Source of the DNA: an uncultured Gemmatimonadales bacterium
GTDB taxonomy: Bacteria > Gemmatimonadota > Gemmatimonadetes > Longimicrobiales > RSA9
Reading direction: 5' to 3'
DNA: 64,000 nt
Assembly (NCBI GenBank): GCA_963708135.1
Contig: OY970192.1
Coordinates: 4,224,001-4,288,000, forward strand
The position numbers and the translations under genes were made by a program. Below the pieces are notes generated by a model. The model was given only the letters and a program-made list of their open reading frames with translations. It ran no database searches and was not told where the DNA came from. This document shows, in pieces, positions 47,236-56,366 of this stretch (its first letter is position 1; each line of letters starts with the position of its first letter).

Positions 47236-48549
47236 ATGCAGATCCGGAAGTGGTGGGGCGAGATCCGCGACAGCCTGTGGTTCCTGCCGGCGCTGTTCAC
47301 GGTGGGCGCGATCGGGGCGGCCGTGGCGCTGGTTCACGCGGACGAGTCCCTCGTCGGGATGGGACGGATCTCCTACGGCGTGCTGTTCAGCGGCGGGCCG
47401 GAGGCCGCGCGGGCGATCCTGAGCGTGATCGCGGGCAGCATCATCACCGTCACGGGCGTGGTCTTCTCGATCACGATCGTGGCCATCCAGCTCGCCTCCA
47501 GCCAGTACACGCCGCGGGTGCTGCGCAACTTCATGGCGGACCGCGCCAACCAGTGGGTGCTGGCCATCTTCATCGGCACCTTCGCCTACTCGCTGATGGT
47601 GCTCCGCCGCATCCGCTTCCCCGGCGAGCAGGCCACGCTGTTCGTGCCTTCGCTGGCCGTCACGGGTGCGCTGCTGCTCGCGCTCGTGAGCATCGGCTTC
47701 CTCATCTTCTTCGTGAACCACGCCGCCCGTTCGATGCAGGCGTCCACCATCATCGACCGCGTGACCGGGGACACGCTCCGGCGCATCGAGCACCTCTTCC
47801 CCGACCCGGTTGGCGAGGCGATCGAGGAGCCGGCAGAGGCGGTGGTGCCGGACGCGGAGCCGGCGCGCGTGGCGGCGCAGGAGAGCGGCTACCTGCAGGC
47901 GGTGGATGAGGGCGCGCTCTCCGACCTGGCGGAGCGCGGCCGGCTGGTGGTGCGGATGGAGGTCTCGATCGGCGCCTTCGTCCTCCCGGGCGACGCGCTG
48001 GCCAGCGTCTGGCCGGCCGGCGCGCTCGACGAGGCGATGGGGGACGATGTGCGCGGCGCGTTCGTACTGGGACACCAGCGCACGCCGGACCAGGACGTCG
48101 AGTTCGGCGTGATCGAGCTGGTGGACATCGCGCTCAAGGCGCTGTCCCCCGCCGTGAACGACCCCACGACCGCCCTCATGGCCATCGACCGGCTCGGCCA
48201 GATCCTGGTCACCTTCGGCAACCGCAGCCCGCCCCGCCTCGCCCGCGCCGCCGGGGCGGGGGACGGGCCCATTCGCTTCGTTGCGCGTCGCACCGAGTAC
48301 ACCCACGTCGTGGGGATGGCCTTCGACCAGCTCGCGCGCGCGGTGGACGGGAAGGTGGCGGTCGCGCGGCGGCTGCTGGAGACGCTCGGGCGCGTGGCCG
48401 AGAAGGTCCCGCCCCACCGGCGGCCGCCGCTGATGAAGCAGGCGGAGGCCGTGGTGCGCTCCGCCACCCTCACGCTCCACGACCGGGTCGACCTCGACGC
48501 CGTCGAGGCCGCCGCCGCGAGCGCGCGCGCCCGCGCCCGGATCGAGTGA
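47236..48549 (+). CDS. DUF2254-family membrane protein
   Basis: SLWFLPAL, QLASSQYTPR, SGYLQ, RTPDQD, LVDIALKALSPAVNDPTTA. Confidence 0.9.
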   Translation: MQIRKWWGEIRDSLWFLPALFTVGAIGAAVALVHADESLVGMGRISYGVLFSGGPEAARAILSVIAGSIITVTGVVFSITIVAIQLASSQYTPRVLRNFMADRANQWVLAIFIGTFAYSLMVLRRIRFPGEQATLFVPSLAVTGALLLALVSIGFLIFFVNHAARSMQASTIIDRVTGDTLRRIEHLFPDPVGEAIEEPAEAVVPDAEPARVAAQESGYLQAVDEGALSDLAERGRLVVRMEVSIGAFVLPGDALASVWPAGALDEAMGDDVRGAFVLGHQRTPDQDVEFGVIELVDIALKALSPAVNDPTTALMAIDRLGQILVTFGNRSPPRLARAAGAGDGPIRFVARRTEYTHVVGMAFDQLARAVDGKVAVARRLLETLGRVAEKVPPHRRPPLMKQAEAVVRSATLTLHDRVDLDAVEAAAASARARARIE

Positions 48550-48562
48550 GCCGGACCGCGTC

Positions 48563-49081
48563 CTACCTGGCGCGCTCGATCCGCTGGCGCCACTCCCGGA
48601 CCACGGCATCGAGCGACTCCGGCCACTCGCCGCGCGCCTCCAGCTCCTCGCGGTGGAACCCGCGCAGGGAGCCGCCCGTCGCGGCGGTGATCGAGCTGTC
48701 CACCCGCGCCAGCACGTCGAAGACGCCGGGCTCGGCGCCCCAGCGCGCCTCGAGCACGGTCCAGAGCGCCGACCGCAGCAGGTAGTACTCCCGGAAGATG
48801 AGGCCCTCGGCGAACCCCGCCGCCCTGCGCTGGTCGCCGTGCTCGGCCGCGGCCATCACCACGGCTCGGAGGGGCGCCTCCGCGAACTCGGTGCATACCG
48901 CGGCTTCGATCACCGCCGCGACGAGATCGGGCAGATGATCGTGCGAGAGCTCATCCGGCAGCTCCAGCCAGTGCTCGGCCTTCCGGATCGTGTCCCAACG
49001 CTCGAGGACGCCGTCCACGATCGGCCCGTTGGCGGCGCGCATCTCCCTGCATATCTCGTCGCGCCGTTCCTGGTCGTCCAC
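48563..49081 (-). CDS. Stand-alone RsbRD N-terminal-like (non-heme globin-like) domain protein
   Basis: GGAGGAAGG RBS, DHLPDL, AAEHGDQRRAAGF...IFREYYLLR. Confidence 0.65.
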   Translation of the reverse strand: MDDQERRDEICREMRAANGPIVDGVLERWDTIRKAEHWLELPDELSHDHLPDLVAAVIEAAVCTEFAEAPLRAVVMAAAEHGDQRRAAGFAEGLIFREYYLLRSALWTVLEARWGAEPGVFDVLARVDSSITAATGGSLRGFHREELEARGEWPESLDAVVREWRQRIERAR

Positions 49082-49122
49082 GATCCTTCCTCCTTCCGGC
49101 GGTGCTCGCGCCCGGAAGGAAC

Positions 49123-49137
49123 GCAAGACTTCGCCCA
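49123..49137 (-). promoter_or_regulatory. Sigma54-type promoter candidate
   Basis: Minus strand TGGGCGAAGTCTTGC (GG-N10-GC) about 40 nt upstream of GTG 49081. Confidence 0.45.
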
Positions 49138-49283
49138 CCCTCGCTCGCCCGCCCGGGCGCGCGTCGCCGCCGGCGGGGCCGCGACGGGCGCGCACCTCGC
49201 GCGGCGCGCGGCGGCGGCGCTACCTTCCGGCATGCGGCGCCCCCCGCCGCTCCCCCGCCCCCCGCCCCGAGACGCCACGAGCC

Positions 49284-50954
49284 ATGACACGAGCCGCCGA
49301 CCGACAGACGAAGCGCGCGCGGAGGCGCGCCGCCCGCGCGCCGAGGACCCTGCTGCGCCGGGGGCGCCGACCGCTGGCGCGAGTGCTCGCGGCCGCCGCC
49401 GTCGCCTGCGGCACGGCCGCGTGTCACCCCCACATGCCGGGCTCGCCCGCGCCGCGATTCCCGGTCGAGGAGACCACCGTCGCGCGGGTCCACCGGGCCA
49501 TGGCCGCCGGGCAGCTGACGGCGCACGCGCTCGTGCGGGATTACCTGGACCGGATCGCCGCCAACGACAAGCGGGGCGTGTCGCTGAACGCCATCATCGA
49601 GCTCGACCCGCGCGCCCTGGCGGTGGCCGACTCGCTGGACGCGATCTACGCCCGCGCCCACACCTTCGTCGGCCCGCTGCACGGAATCCCCGTGATCGTC
49701 AAGGACAATTACGACACGAGCGACATGCCCACCTCCGCCGGCTCCCTCTCGCTGGCGGACAACCGCCCGGCGCGGGACGCCACGCAGGTGGCGCGCATCC
49801 GGGCGGCTGGCGGCATCGTGCTGGCGAAGTCGAACATGGCCGAGTTCGCCTTCTCGCCCTACGAGACCGTCGGCTCGCGCCTGCCCGGCTATACCCGCAA
49901 CCCGTACGACACCCGCCGGGTCACGGCCGGCTCGAGCGGCGGCACGGCGGCGGCCGTGGCGGCCAACTTCGGCGAGGTCGGCCTGGGGACGGACACCGGC
50001 AACTCGATCCGCGGGCCGTCCTCGCACCAGGCGCTGGTCGGCATCCGCTCGACCATGGGCCTGGCCAGCCGGGCCGGCATCGTGCCGCTCTACCTCGACC
50101 GCGACGTGGGCGGGCCGATCGCCCGCACCGTGGCCGATGCCGCCACCGTCCTCCAGGTCCTCGCCGGCTCCGATCCGCGCGACCCGGTCACCGCCGCCGC
50201 CGACGCGCACGTCCCGCCCGAGGGCTACCTGGCCCACCTGAAGCTCGACGGGCTGCGCGGCGCCCGGATCGGCGTGGTCCGCCAGCTCTCGAACCGCGCC
50301 GGCGCCGATCCCGAGGTGCTCGCCCGCTTCGAGACCGCGCTCTCCGACCTGCGCCGCGCCGGCGCCACGGTGGTCGACTCGGTGCGCATCGCCGAGCTCG
50401 ACACGATCCAGGGGCCGATGTCCTGCCCCCGCTTCAAGCCCGACCTCGAGGCGTACCTCGCCGCCGAGGGGCCGACGGCCCCGGTCCACACGCTCGATGA
50501 GATCGTGAAGAGCGGCAAGTACCACCCATCGATCGGCGCGCGGCTCCGCTCCTACGCCCGCTTCGAGGGCACGCCCGACACCAACGAGACCTGTCGCCGC
50601 GCCGAGGCCGATGCCGCCGAGCTGCGCGCCGGCGTGCGCCGCGTGCTCGCCGCCGACCGCCTCGACGCGCTCGTCTACCCGACCTGGAACGATCCGCCCC
50701 GCCTGATCGGCGACCTCAACACGCCCGACGGCAACAACAGCTACCAGCTCTCGCCGCCCACCGGGTTCCCGGCCATCACCGTCCCGATGGGCTGGGTCCG
50801 CGACGGCACCCTCCCCGTCGGCCTGCAGATCCTCGGCGACGCCTGGACGGAGCCCCGCCTCATCGAGCTCGCCTACGCCTACGAGCAGGCGACGCGCCAC
50901 CGCCGGCCGCCCGCGCTCGACGCCCCCGCCCGCCGCGGACCCACCGCGCCTTGA
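49284..50954 (+). CDS. Amidase signature family enzyme (probable lipoprotein)
   Basis: GPLHGIPVIVKDN, AGSSGGT, GTDTGNSIRGP, LPVGLQ. Confidence 0.92.
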   Translation: MTRAADRQTKRARRRAARAPRTLLRRGRRPLARVLAAAAVACGTAACHPHMPGSPAPRFPVEETTVARVHRAMAAGQLTAHALVRDYLDRIAANDKRGVSLNAIIELDPRALAVADSLDAIYARAHTFVGPLHGIPVIVKDNYDTSDMPTSAGSLSLADNRPARDATQVARIRAAGGIVLAKSNMAEFAFSPYETVGSRLPGYTRNPYDTRRVTAGSSGGTAAAVAANFGEVGLGTDTGNSIRGPSSHQALVGIRSTMGLASRAGIVPLYLDRDVGGPIARTVADAATVLQVLAGSDPRDPVTAAADAHVPPEGYLAHLKLDGLRGARIGVVRQLSNRAGADPEVLARFETALSDLRRAGATVVDSVRIAELDTIQGPMSCPRFKPDLEAYLAAEGPTAPVHTLDEIVKSGKYHPSIGARLRSYARFEGTPDTNETCRRAEADAAELRAGVRRVLAADRLDALVYPTWNDPPRLIGDLNTPDGNNSYQLSPPTGFPAITVPMGWVRDGTLPVGLQILGDAWTEPRLIELAYAYEQATRHRRPPALDAPARRGPTAP

Positions 50955-52375
50955 ACCCGGCATCCGCGGCTTCGCGCCCCCGCCGGGCACTGGCGCTGGG
51001 TTGTCTCGTGCTGGCGTCGCTCGCCCACGCCGCGGGCGCGCGGCCGTTGCAGGCGGCGCCGCAGCCGTTGCGGGCTCCGCCGCAGCCGTTGCAGGCGGCG
51101 CCGCACTCCCGCACCGCCGCCGCGGAGCACCGGCGCGGCCCGGCGCAGGCCGCGCAGGCGCCCGACTCGGCCACGGGCCCCGTCGCCGTCCCGCCGGCCA
51201 CCCCGAAGGCCATCCGCTACTACCGCTCGGGCAACGTGCTCTGGGCCGTGGGCATGCTCTGGTCGCTGCTGGTGCCGGCGCTGCTCCTCTTCACCGGGCT
51301 CTCCGCCCGCATGCGCGACGTGGCCGCCCGCGCCGCTCGCGGCCGACGCTTCCCGACCATCGCGCTCTACGGCGTCCTCTTCGTCCTGGCCACGTTCCTC
51401 CTCGACCTGCCGCTCGACTGGTACGCCGGCTTCGCGCGCGCCCACGCGTACGGCCTCTCCACGGAGAGCGCCGGCCACTGGGTGGCGAACACCCTGAAGG
51501 GGCTCGCGCTCTCGCTCGCCGGCGCCGCGCTGCTGCTCTGGATCCCTTACCTGCTGCTGCGGCGGAGCCCCCGACGCTGGTGGCTCTGGGGCGGGCTGCT
51601 CGCCGTGCCGTTCCTGCTGCTCGTGAACCTCCTCGCGCCGATCTGGATCGCGCCGCTCTTCAATCGCTTCGAGCCGATGCAGCCGGGGCCGCTGCGCGCC
51701 GGCATCCTCGCCCTCGCGCGCCGCGCCGGCATCGAGAGCTCGCGCGTCTACGTCGTCGACATGAGCGTCGAGACGAACGCCGTGAACGCATACGTGGCCG
51801 GCGTCGGCGGCACCACGCGGATCGTCTTCTGGGACACGATCCTCGACAGGCTCACGCCGCGCCAGCTGCGCGCCGTGCTCGGCCACGAGATGGGCCACTA
51901 CGTGCTCGGCCACGTCTGGAAGGGCGTGGTCTTCCTCTCCGCCTTCCTCATGCTCTCGCTCTACCTGGCCTACCTGATGGCCGGGTGGGCCATCCGGCGC
52001 TGGACGCGACGCTTCGGCTTCGACTCCCTCGCCGATGTGGCCTCGCTGCCGCTCCTCGTCCTGCTGCTCGGGATGGTCTCCTTCGTCCTCGCCCCCCTGC
52101 CCACCGCCTGGTCCCGCCACCAGGAGCACGAGGCCGACCGCTTCTCGCTCGAGCTGACCCACGACAACCACGCGCTCGCCAGCGCCTTCGCACGGCTCCA
52201 GGCGACGAACCTCGCCGTCCCCGATCCAGGCTGGCTCTACGTCCTCTGGCGCGGAGGCCACCCGTCCCTCGGCGCGCGCATCCGCTTCGCCAACGCCTAC
52301 CACCCGTGGACCGAGGGGCGGCCGGGGCGCTACTCGGACCGCTTCCGCGCGCCGCCGGAGGGGACCCGCCCGTGA
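50951..52375 (+). CDS. M48 (Ste24/HtpX-like) membrane metalloprotease
   Basis: NAYVAG, AVLGHEMGH, EHEADRF, HPSLGARI. Several TM segments. Start uncertain. Confidence 0.9.
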   Translation: MNPASAASRPRRALALGCLVLASLAHAAGARPLQAAPQPLRAPPQPLQAAPHSRTAAAEHRRGPAQAAQAPDSATGPVAVPPATPKAIRYYRSGNVLWAVGMLWSLLVPALLLFTGLSARMRDVAARAARGRRFPTIALYGVLFVLATFLLDLPLDWYAGFARAHAYGLSTESAGHWVANTLKGLALSLAGAALLLWIPYLLLRRSPRRWWLWGGLLAVPFLLLVNLLAPIWIAPLFNRFEPMQPGPLRAGILALARRAGIESSRVYVVDMSVETNAVNAYVAGVGGTTRIVFWDTILDRLTPRQLRAVLGHEMGHYVLGHVWKGVVFLSAFLMLSLYLAYLMAGWAIRRWTRRFGFDSLADVASLPLLVLLLGMVSFVLAPLPTAWSRHQEHEADRFSLELTHDNHALASAFARLQATNLAVPDPGWLYVLWRGGHPSLGARIRFANAYHPWTEGRPGRYSDRFRAPPEGTRP

Positions 52376-52495
52376 ACGGACGCGCGCCCGCGCCGCACCC
52401 CGGTGCGCCGGGCGCAACTTGATGGCCACGGTCTGCCCTGTCCCGACGACGGCGATGCCCGGGCCCGCCGCCGCATCCGCGTCCCATCCTCTTCG

Positions 52496-52510
52496 CGGCA
52501 CTCGACTTGC
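52496..52510 (+). promoter_or_regulatory. Sigma54 promoter
   Basis: CGGCAC-TCGAC-TTGC, near consensus YGGCAC-N5-TTGC, 70 nt upstream of the YciF-like gene. Confidence 0.65.
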
Positions 52511-52579
52511 GCCTCTGGCAAGGCGGTGCCGGCACCCCGGCCGGCCCCAGGGCAGCAACCGCAGCACAGGAGGACCCAC

Positions 52580-53071
52580 GTGTCGAAGGACTCCCTCAGG
52601 AAGCTCTACGTCGATGAGCTGAAGGACCTGCACAGCGCCGAGAGCCAGATCCTCGACGCACTCCCGAAGATGGCCGAGCGCGCCACCGATTCCTCTCTCT
52701 CCGACGCCTTCACCGAGCACCGCCGCCAGACCGAGGAGCAGGTCCGCCGCCTCGAGACCATCTTCGACGACCTCGGCGAGAAGCCCGACGGCAAGACCTG
52801 CAAGGGCATCGCCGGCATCATCTCCGAGGGCGAGGACATGATGAAGGAGGACATGGATGACGATGTCCTCGACGCCGCCCTCATCTCCGCCGGCCAGCGC
52901 GTCGAGCACTACGAGATGGCCGCGTACGGCACCGTCCGCACCTTCGCCCGCGAGCTCGGCCTCCAGCGCCACGCCGAGCTCCTCCAGCGCACCCTCGACG
53001 AGGAGGGCGAGACCGACAAGAAGCTCACCTCCATCGCCGAGGCACGCGTCAACGACGAGGCGCGATCCTAG
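52580..53071 (+). CDS. YciE/YciF ferritin-like stress protein (DUF892)
   Basis: ELKDLHSAESQ, H..QT..Q..RL, CKGIAGIISE, DAALISAGQRVEHYE.A.YG, TLDEE..TD..LT. Confidence 0.93.
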   Translation: MSKDSLRKLYVDELKDLHSAESQILDALPKMAERATDSSLSDAFTEHRRQTEEQVRRLETIFDDLGEKPDGKTCKGIAGIISEGEDMMKEDMDDDVLDAALISAGQRVEHYEMAAYGTVRTFARELGLQRHAELLQRTLDEEGETDKKLTSIAEARVNDEARS

Positions 53072-53327
53072 GCCCGCGACGGTGATCCGCGGGTGAGGGC
53101 CGTTCCCGTCCGGGCTCCCGCGCGCCGGGTCGGCCCGGTCGCGTCCGCCCTCACCCGCGCTTCCCCCGCCCACCCGCGGGTTCGTCGTCGAGGTGACAGG
53201 ATGTCGCCTTCCTCCCGGGACACGCCTTCCCATCGCCCTCGCGCCGGGACGTAACGCCCCGGCCCGTCGAGTCACCTAACCGATTGGCTGTAGCGGAGTT
53301 ACGCGGACATTCCGGGCAGGTCGCCTG

Positions 53328-53343
53328 CGGTATGTGCGTTGCA
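53328..53343 (+). promoter_or_regulatory. Sigma54-type promoter candidate upstream of the porin pair
   Basis: CGGTAT-GTGCG-TTGCA (GG-N10-GC). Confidence 0.5.
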
Positions 53344-53458
53344 CCTTCCGCAGCGTCCATTCTGACGGACGGAGCGGGCGCGTCGAAGGGCGGTGGCCCC
53401 GGCGCGGCCGGAATGCGCCCCGTCGCGTGTGCGCCGGGGCGACCTCGACGGAGGGCGT

Positions 53459-54139
53459 ATGAAGAAGACGATGATGGCGACGGCTTCGGCGCTCGTGCTG
53501 GGACTGGCGCTCGCGGCCGGCGCGCAGGCACAGGCGGTGTCGCTTGGGCTCAAGGGCGGGCTGAACAGCTCGACGCTGAAGGGCGCGGACGTGGCGGATG
53601 TGGGCCGGACGGTGTCGGCCCGGCAGGGGTTCGGCGGCGGCGGGTTCATGCAGGTGCGCCTGCACAAGTACTTCGCCGTGCAGCCGGAGGTGCTCTTCAT
53701 GCGGAAGGGCGCGGACTTCGCGGACACCGGCCTGACCGGCAGCTTCAAGGTCGACTACATCGAGATCCCGCTGCTCGCCAGGGTGCTGGTGCCCACGGCG
53801 ACGCCGGTGATGCCGTATTTCTTCGCCGGCCCCGCGCTCTCCTTCAAGTCGAAGTGCAACGTCGAGGCGACGGAGTCGGGGGTCACGGTCAGCGTCCAGT
53901 GCGATGATCCGTCGCTCGGTACCAACCTGAAGTCCACGGACTTCTCCGGGACGTTCGGCGGCGGGTTCGACTTCGACGCGCGCTTCGCGGTGCTCAGCCT
54001 GGACGCGCGCTACACCGTCGGCTTCACGAAGATCGCGGACCAGTCCGCGAACAACGACGTCAAGAACCGGACGTTCTCGGTGATGCTCGGCGTGGCGATG
54101 CCGCTGACCACGAGGACCTTCGCGCTCCGCAGCCACTGA
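53459..54139 (+). CDS. Porin-family outer membrane beta-barrel protein, paralog 1
   Basis: Signal peptide, GLKGGLN, VQPEVLFMRKG, DYIEIPLL, LDARYTVG. Confidence 0.85.
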   Translation: MKKTMMATASALVLGLALAAGAQAQAVSLGLKGGLNSSTLKGADVADVGRTVSARQGFGGGGFMQVRLHKYFAVQPEVLFMRKGADFADTGLTGSFKVDYIEIPLLARVLVPTATPVMPYFFAGPALSFKSKCNVEATESGVTVSVQCDDPSLGTNLKSTDFSGTFGGGFDFDARFAVLSLDARYTVGFTKIADQSANNDVKNRTFSVMLGVAMPLTTRTFALRSH

Positions 54140-54165
54140 GGCGGCGGCGCGGGAGCTTTGACGTG

Positions 54166-54813
54166 ATGCGGCACCTCGAGGCGGGCGCCGCGGTGGCCGC
54201 GGCGCTCGCACTCCTTCTTGCGGCGGGCGGTGCCAGCGCCCAGCGCCTCTCGACGGGCGTCAAGGGCGGCTTCAACAGCTCGACCGTGGCCGGCCCCGAT
54301 GCGGCCGACGCCACCGCCGTCCAGGCCTTCTCGGGCGGCGCCTTCCTCACGCTCCGCGCGCGCCGCACGCTGGCCTTCCGCGCCGAGCTGCTCTACACCC
54401 GCCGGGGCGGCGCCTGGAGCCTGACCGAGAAGCGCAACCGCGTGCGCCTCGATTACATCGAGGTGCCGCTCCTGGCCAAGCTTTCCCTGCCCCTCGAGGG
54501 CGCCGCCGCGCAGCCCCACCTCCTCGCCGGGCCCGACCTGGCGCTTCGCGTCCGCTGCCGAATCGAGGCGCCTGAGCAGGGAATCCCCGGCGGCACCCCG
54601 TGCGAGGACGTGGACGGCGCTACATTCACCCGCTACGACGTCGGCGTCGCGATGGGCGGCGGCTTCGACTTCCTCTTCGGCCACACGCGCCTGACGCTCG
54701 ACGCCCGTTACGTGCGCGGCCTGACCCGCATGGTCCACGACGTCGCCCGCGACAGGATCCGCAGCCGCACCTTCACCGCCATGATGGGGGTCGCCCTGCC
54801 CCTCCTCCGCTGA
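54166..54813 (+). CDS. Porin-family outer membrane beta-barrel protein, paralog 2
   Basis: GVKGGFN, AELLYTRRG, DYIEVPLL, LDARYVRGL. Confidence 0.82.
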   Translation: MRHLEAGAAVAAALALLLAAGGASAQRLSTGVKGGFNSSTVAGPDAADATAVQAFSGGAFLTLRARRTLAFRAELLYTRRGGAWSLTEKRNRVRLDYIEVPLLAKLSLPLEGAAAQPHLLAGPDLALRVRCRIEAPEQGIPGGTPCEDVDGATFTRYDVGVAMGGGFDFLFGHTRLTLDARYVRGLTRMVHDVARDRIRSRTFTAMMGVALPLLR

Positions 54814-54820
54814 GCGTCCC

Positions 54821-54882
54821 TTCCCGTTGAGACGGCCGGGCGGCGCAGCTTCCGTTTCCCGTCGAGACCGCCGAGCGGCGCA
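54821..54882. repeat. Two 27-bp direct repeats (24/27 identical)
   Basis: TTCCCGTTGAGACGGCCGGGCGGCGCA (54821) and TTCCCGTCGAGACCGCCGAGCGGCGCA (54856). Confidence 0.7.
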
Positions 54883-54949
54883 CCGCTCGGTAGCTTCCGG
54901 TCCCGGGAACGCCCTCGCCCCCCCGGGCGCCGCGGCTTAGAATCCACCG

Positions 54950-56335
54950 ATGCGAATCCGGAGCACACTGTTCGGGTTGGGGATCGCCGCCCTCGCCGGC
55001 TGCGTGGGCGCGACGCCGAAGCCGGCGGAGCCTGGGCTCGGGCCCGCCGGCGTCGCACCCACCGTCCCCTCGCCCGGGCCGGCGGCCGACTCGCTGCGCA
55101 TCTACCTCATGACCTTCGGGCCGGGCAGCGACGTCTGGGAGAAGTTCGGCCACAGCGCCATCTGGGTGCACGACCCCGTGCGCGGCACCGACCAGGCGTA
55201 CAACTACGGCATGTTCGACTTCAGCCAGGCGCACTTCTTCCGCCGCTTCCTGCAGGGCGAGATGCTGTACTGGATGCAGGGGTTCGACGCCACGCTGTTC
55301 GCCGACCTCTACGTACGCGAGGACCGCTCCGTCTGGGTCCAGGAGCTCGCGCTCACGCCCGCGCAGCGGGAGGCGCTGCGCGAGTTCCTCGTCTGGAACG
55401 AGCGCCCCGGGCACCGCTTCTACCGCTACGACTACTACCGCGACGGCTGCGCCACCCGCGTCCGGGACGCCCTCGACCGCGTGCTCGGCGGCCGCATCTA
55501 CGCCGAGACCGACACCGTTCCGTCCGGCACCACCTACCGCTCCCACTCGCTCCAGCTGGTGGAGGACGACCCGTGGGTCTACACCGGCCTGCTGCTCGGC
55601 CTGGCCCAGCCCACCGACCGCCCGATCTCGGTCTGGGAGGAGATGTTCCTGCCGCTGAAGCTCCGGGACTCCATCCGCCGCGTAAGGGTGCGGGCGCCGG
55701 ACGGGCACCTCATCCCGCTCGTCGCCTCGGAGCGCACGTACTACGCGAGCACCCGTCCGCCCGAGCCGACACGGCCGCCCGAGCGCACGTGGATGTACCT
55801 GCTCATCGGGCTCCTCATCGGCGGCGCGCTGGCGCTGTTCGGGGAGCTGGTCCGGCGAGGCCGGATGGGGACCCCAGGCGACGTTGCCGCCGCCGAGCCC
55901 CCGTCCGACGCGGCCCGCGCGGCGCCGGGCGCGCTCCCCCGCGGCGCGCGCGCGGCGCGCCTGGCGCTCGCGCTGGGAGGCGTCGCATGGACGCTGCTCA
56001 CGGGGGTCCTCGGCCTCGTCCTCGTCCTGCTCTGGGCCGTCACCGCCCACGTCACCTCGTACCGCAACGAGAACGTGCTTCAGTTCGACGCGCTGGCGCT
56101 GGCGCTCGTGGCGCTCCTGCCCGCGGCCCTTTACGGCGCGCGCTGGACGGTGCGGCCCGCGCGCCTGATCGCGCTGCTCGTCGCCGCGCTGTCCGTGCTC
56201 GGCCTGCTGCTCAAGGCGACGCCGTGGTTCTTCCAGGTGAACGGGCCCATCCTCGCCCTCGCCGTGCCCGCCAACCTCGGGCTGGCGTGGGCGGTGTGGC
56301 GGGCCGTGCCGGCGGCCGTGGGCGAGAAGCGCTGA
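54950..56335 (+). CDS. DUF4105 / Lnb-like protein (putative lipoprotein N-acyltransferase) with C-terminal TM helices
   Basis: GPG..VWEKFGHSAI, YNYGMFDF, YRYDYYRDGCATRVRD, MFLP, four to five C-terminal TM segments. Confidence 0.82.
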   Translation: MRIRSTLFGLGIAALAGCVGATPKPAEPGLGPAGVAPTVPSPGPAADSLRIYLMTFGPGSDVWEKFGHSAIWVHDPVRGTDQAYNYGMFDFSQAHFFRRFLQGEMLYWMQGFDATLFADLYVREDRSVWVQELALTPAQREALREFLVWNERPGHRFYRYDYYRDGCATRVRDALDRVLGGRIYAETDTVPSGTTYRSHSLQLVEDDPWVYTGLLLGLAQPTDRPISVWEEMFLPLKLRDSIRRVRVRAPDGHLIPLVASERTYYASTRPPEPTRPPERTWMYLLIGLLIGGALALFGELVRRGRMGTPGDVAAAEPPSDAARAAPGALPRGARAARLALALGGVAWTLLTGVLGLVLVLLWAVTAHVTSYRNENVLQFDALALALVALLPAALYGARWTVRPARLIALLVAALSVLGLLLKATPWFFQVNGPILALAVPANLGLAWAVWRAVPAAVGEKR

Positions 56336-56366
56336 CGGGGGAGGATAAGAAAAACGGGGCGGCATC

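Noticed and set aside
53088..53159. 13-bp perfect inverted repeat after the YciF-like gene as an intrinsic terminator
   Set aside because: The 46-nt loop and missing U-tract make it too weak to call.
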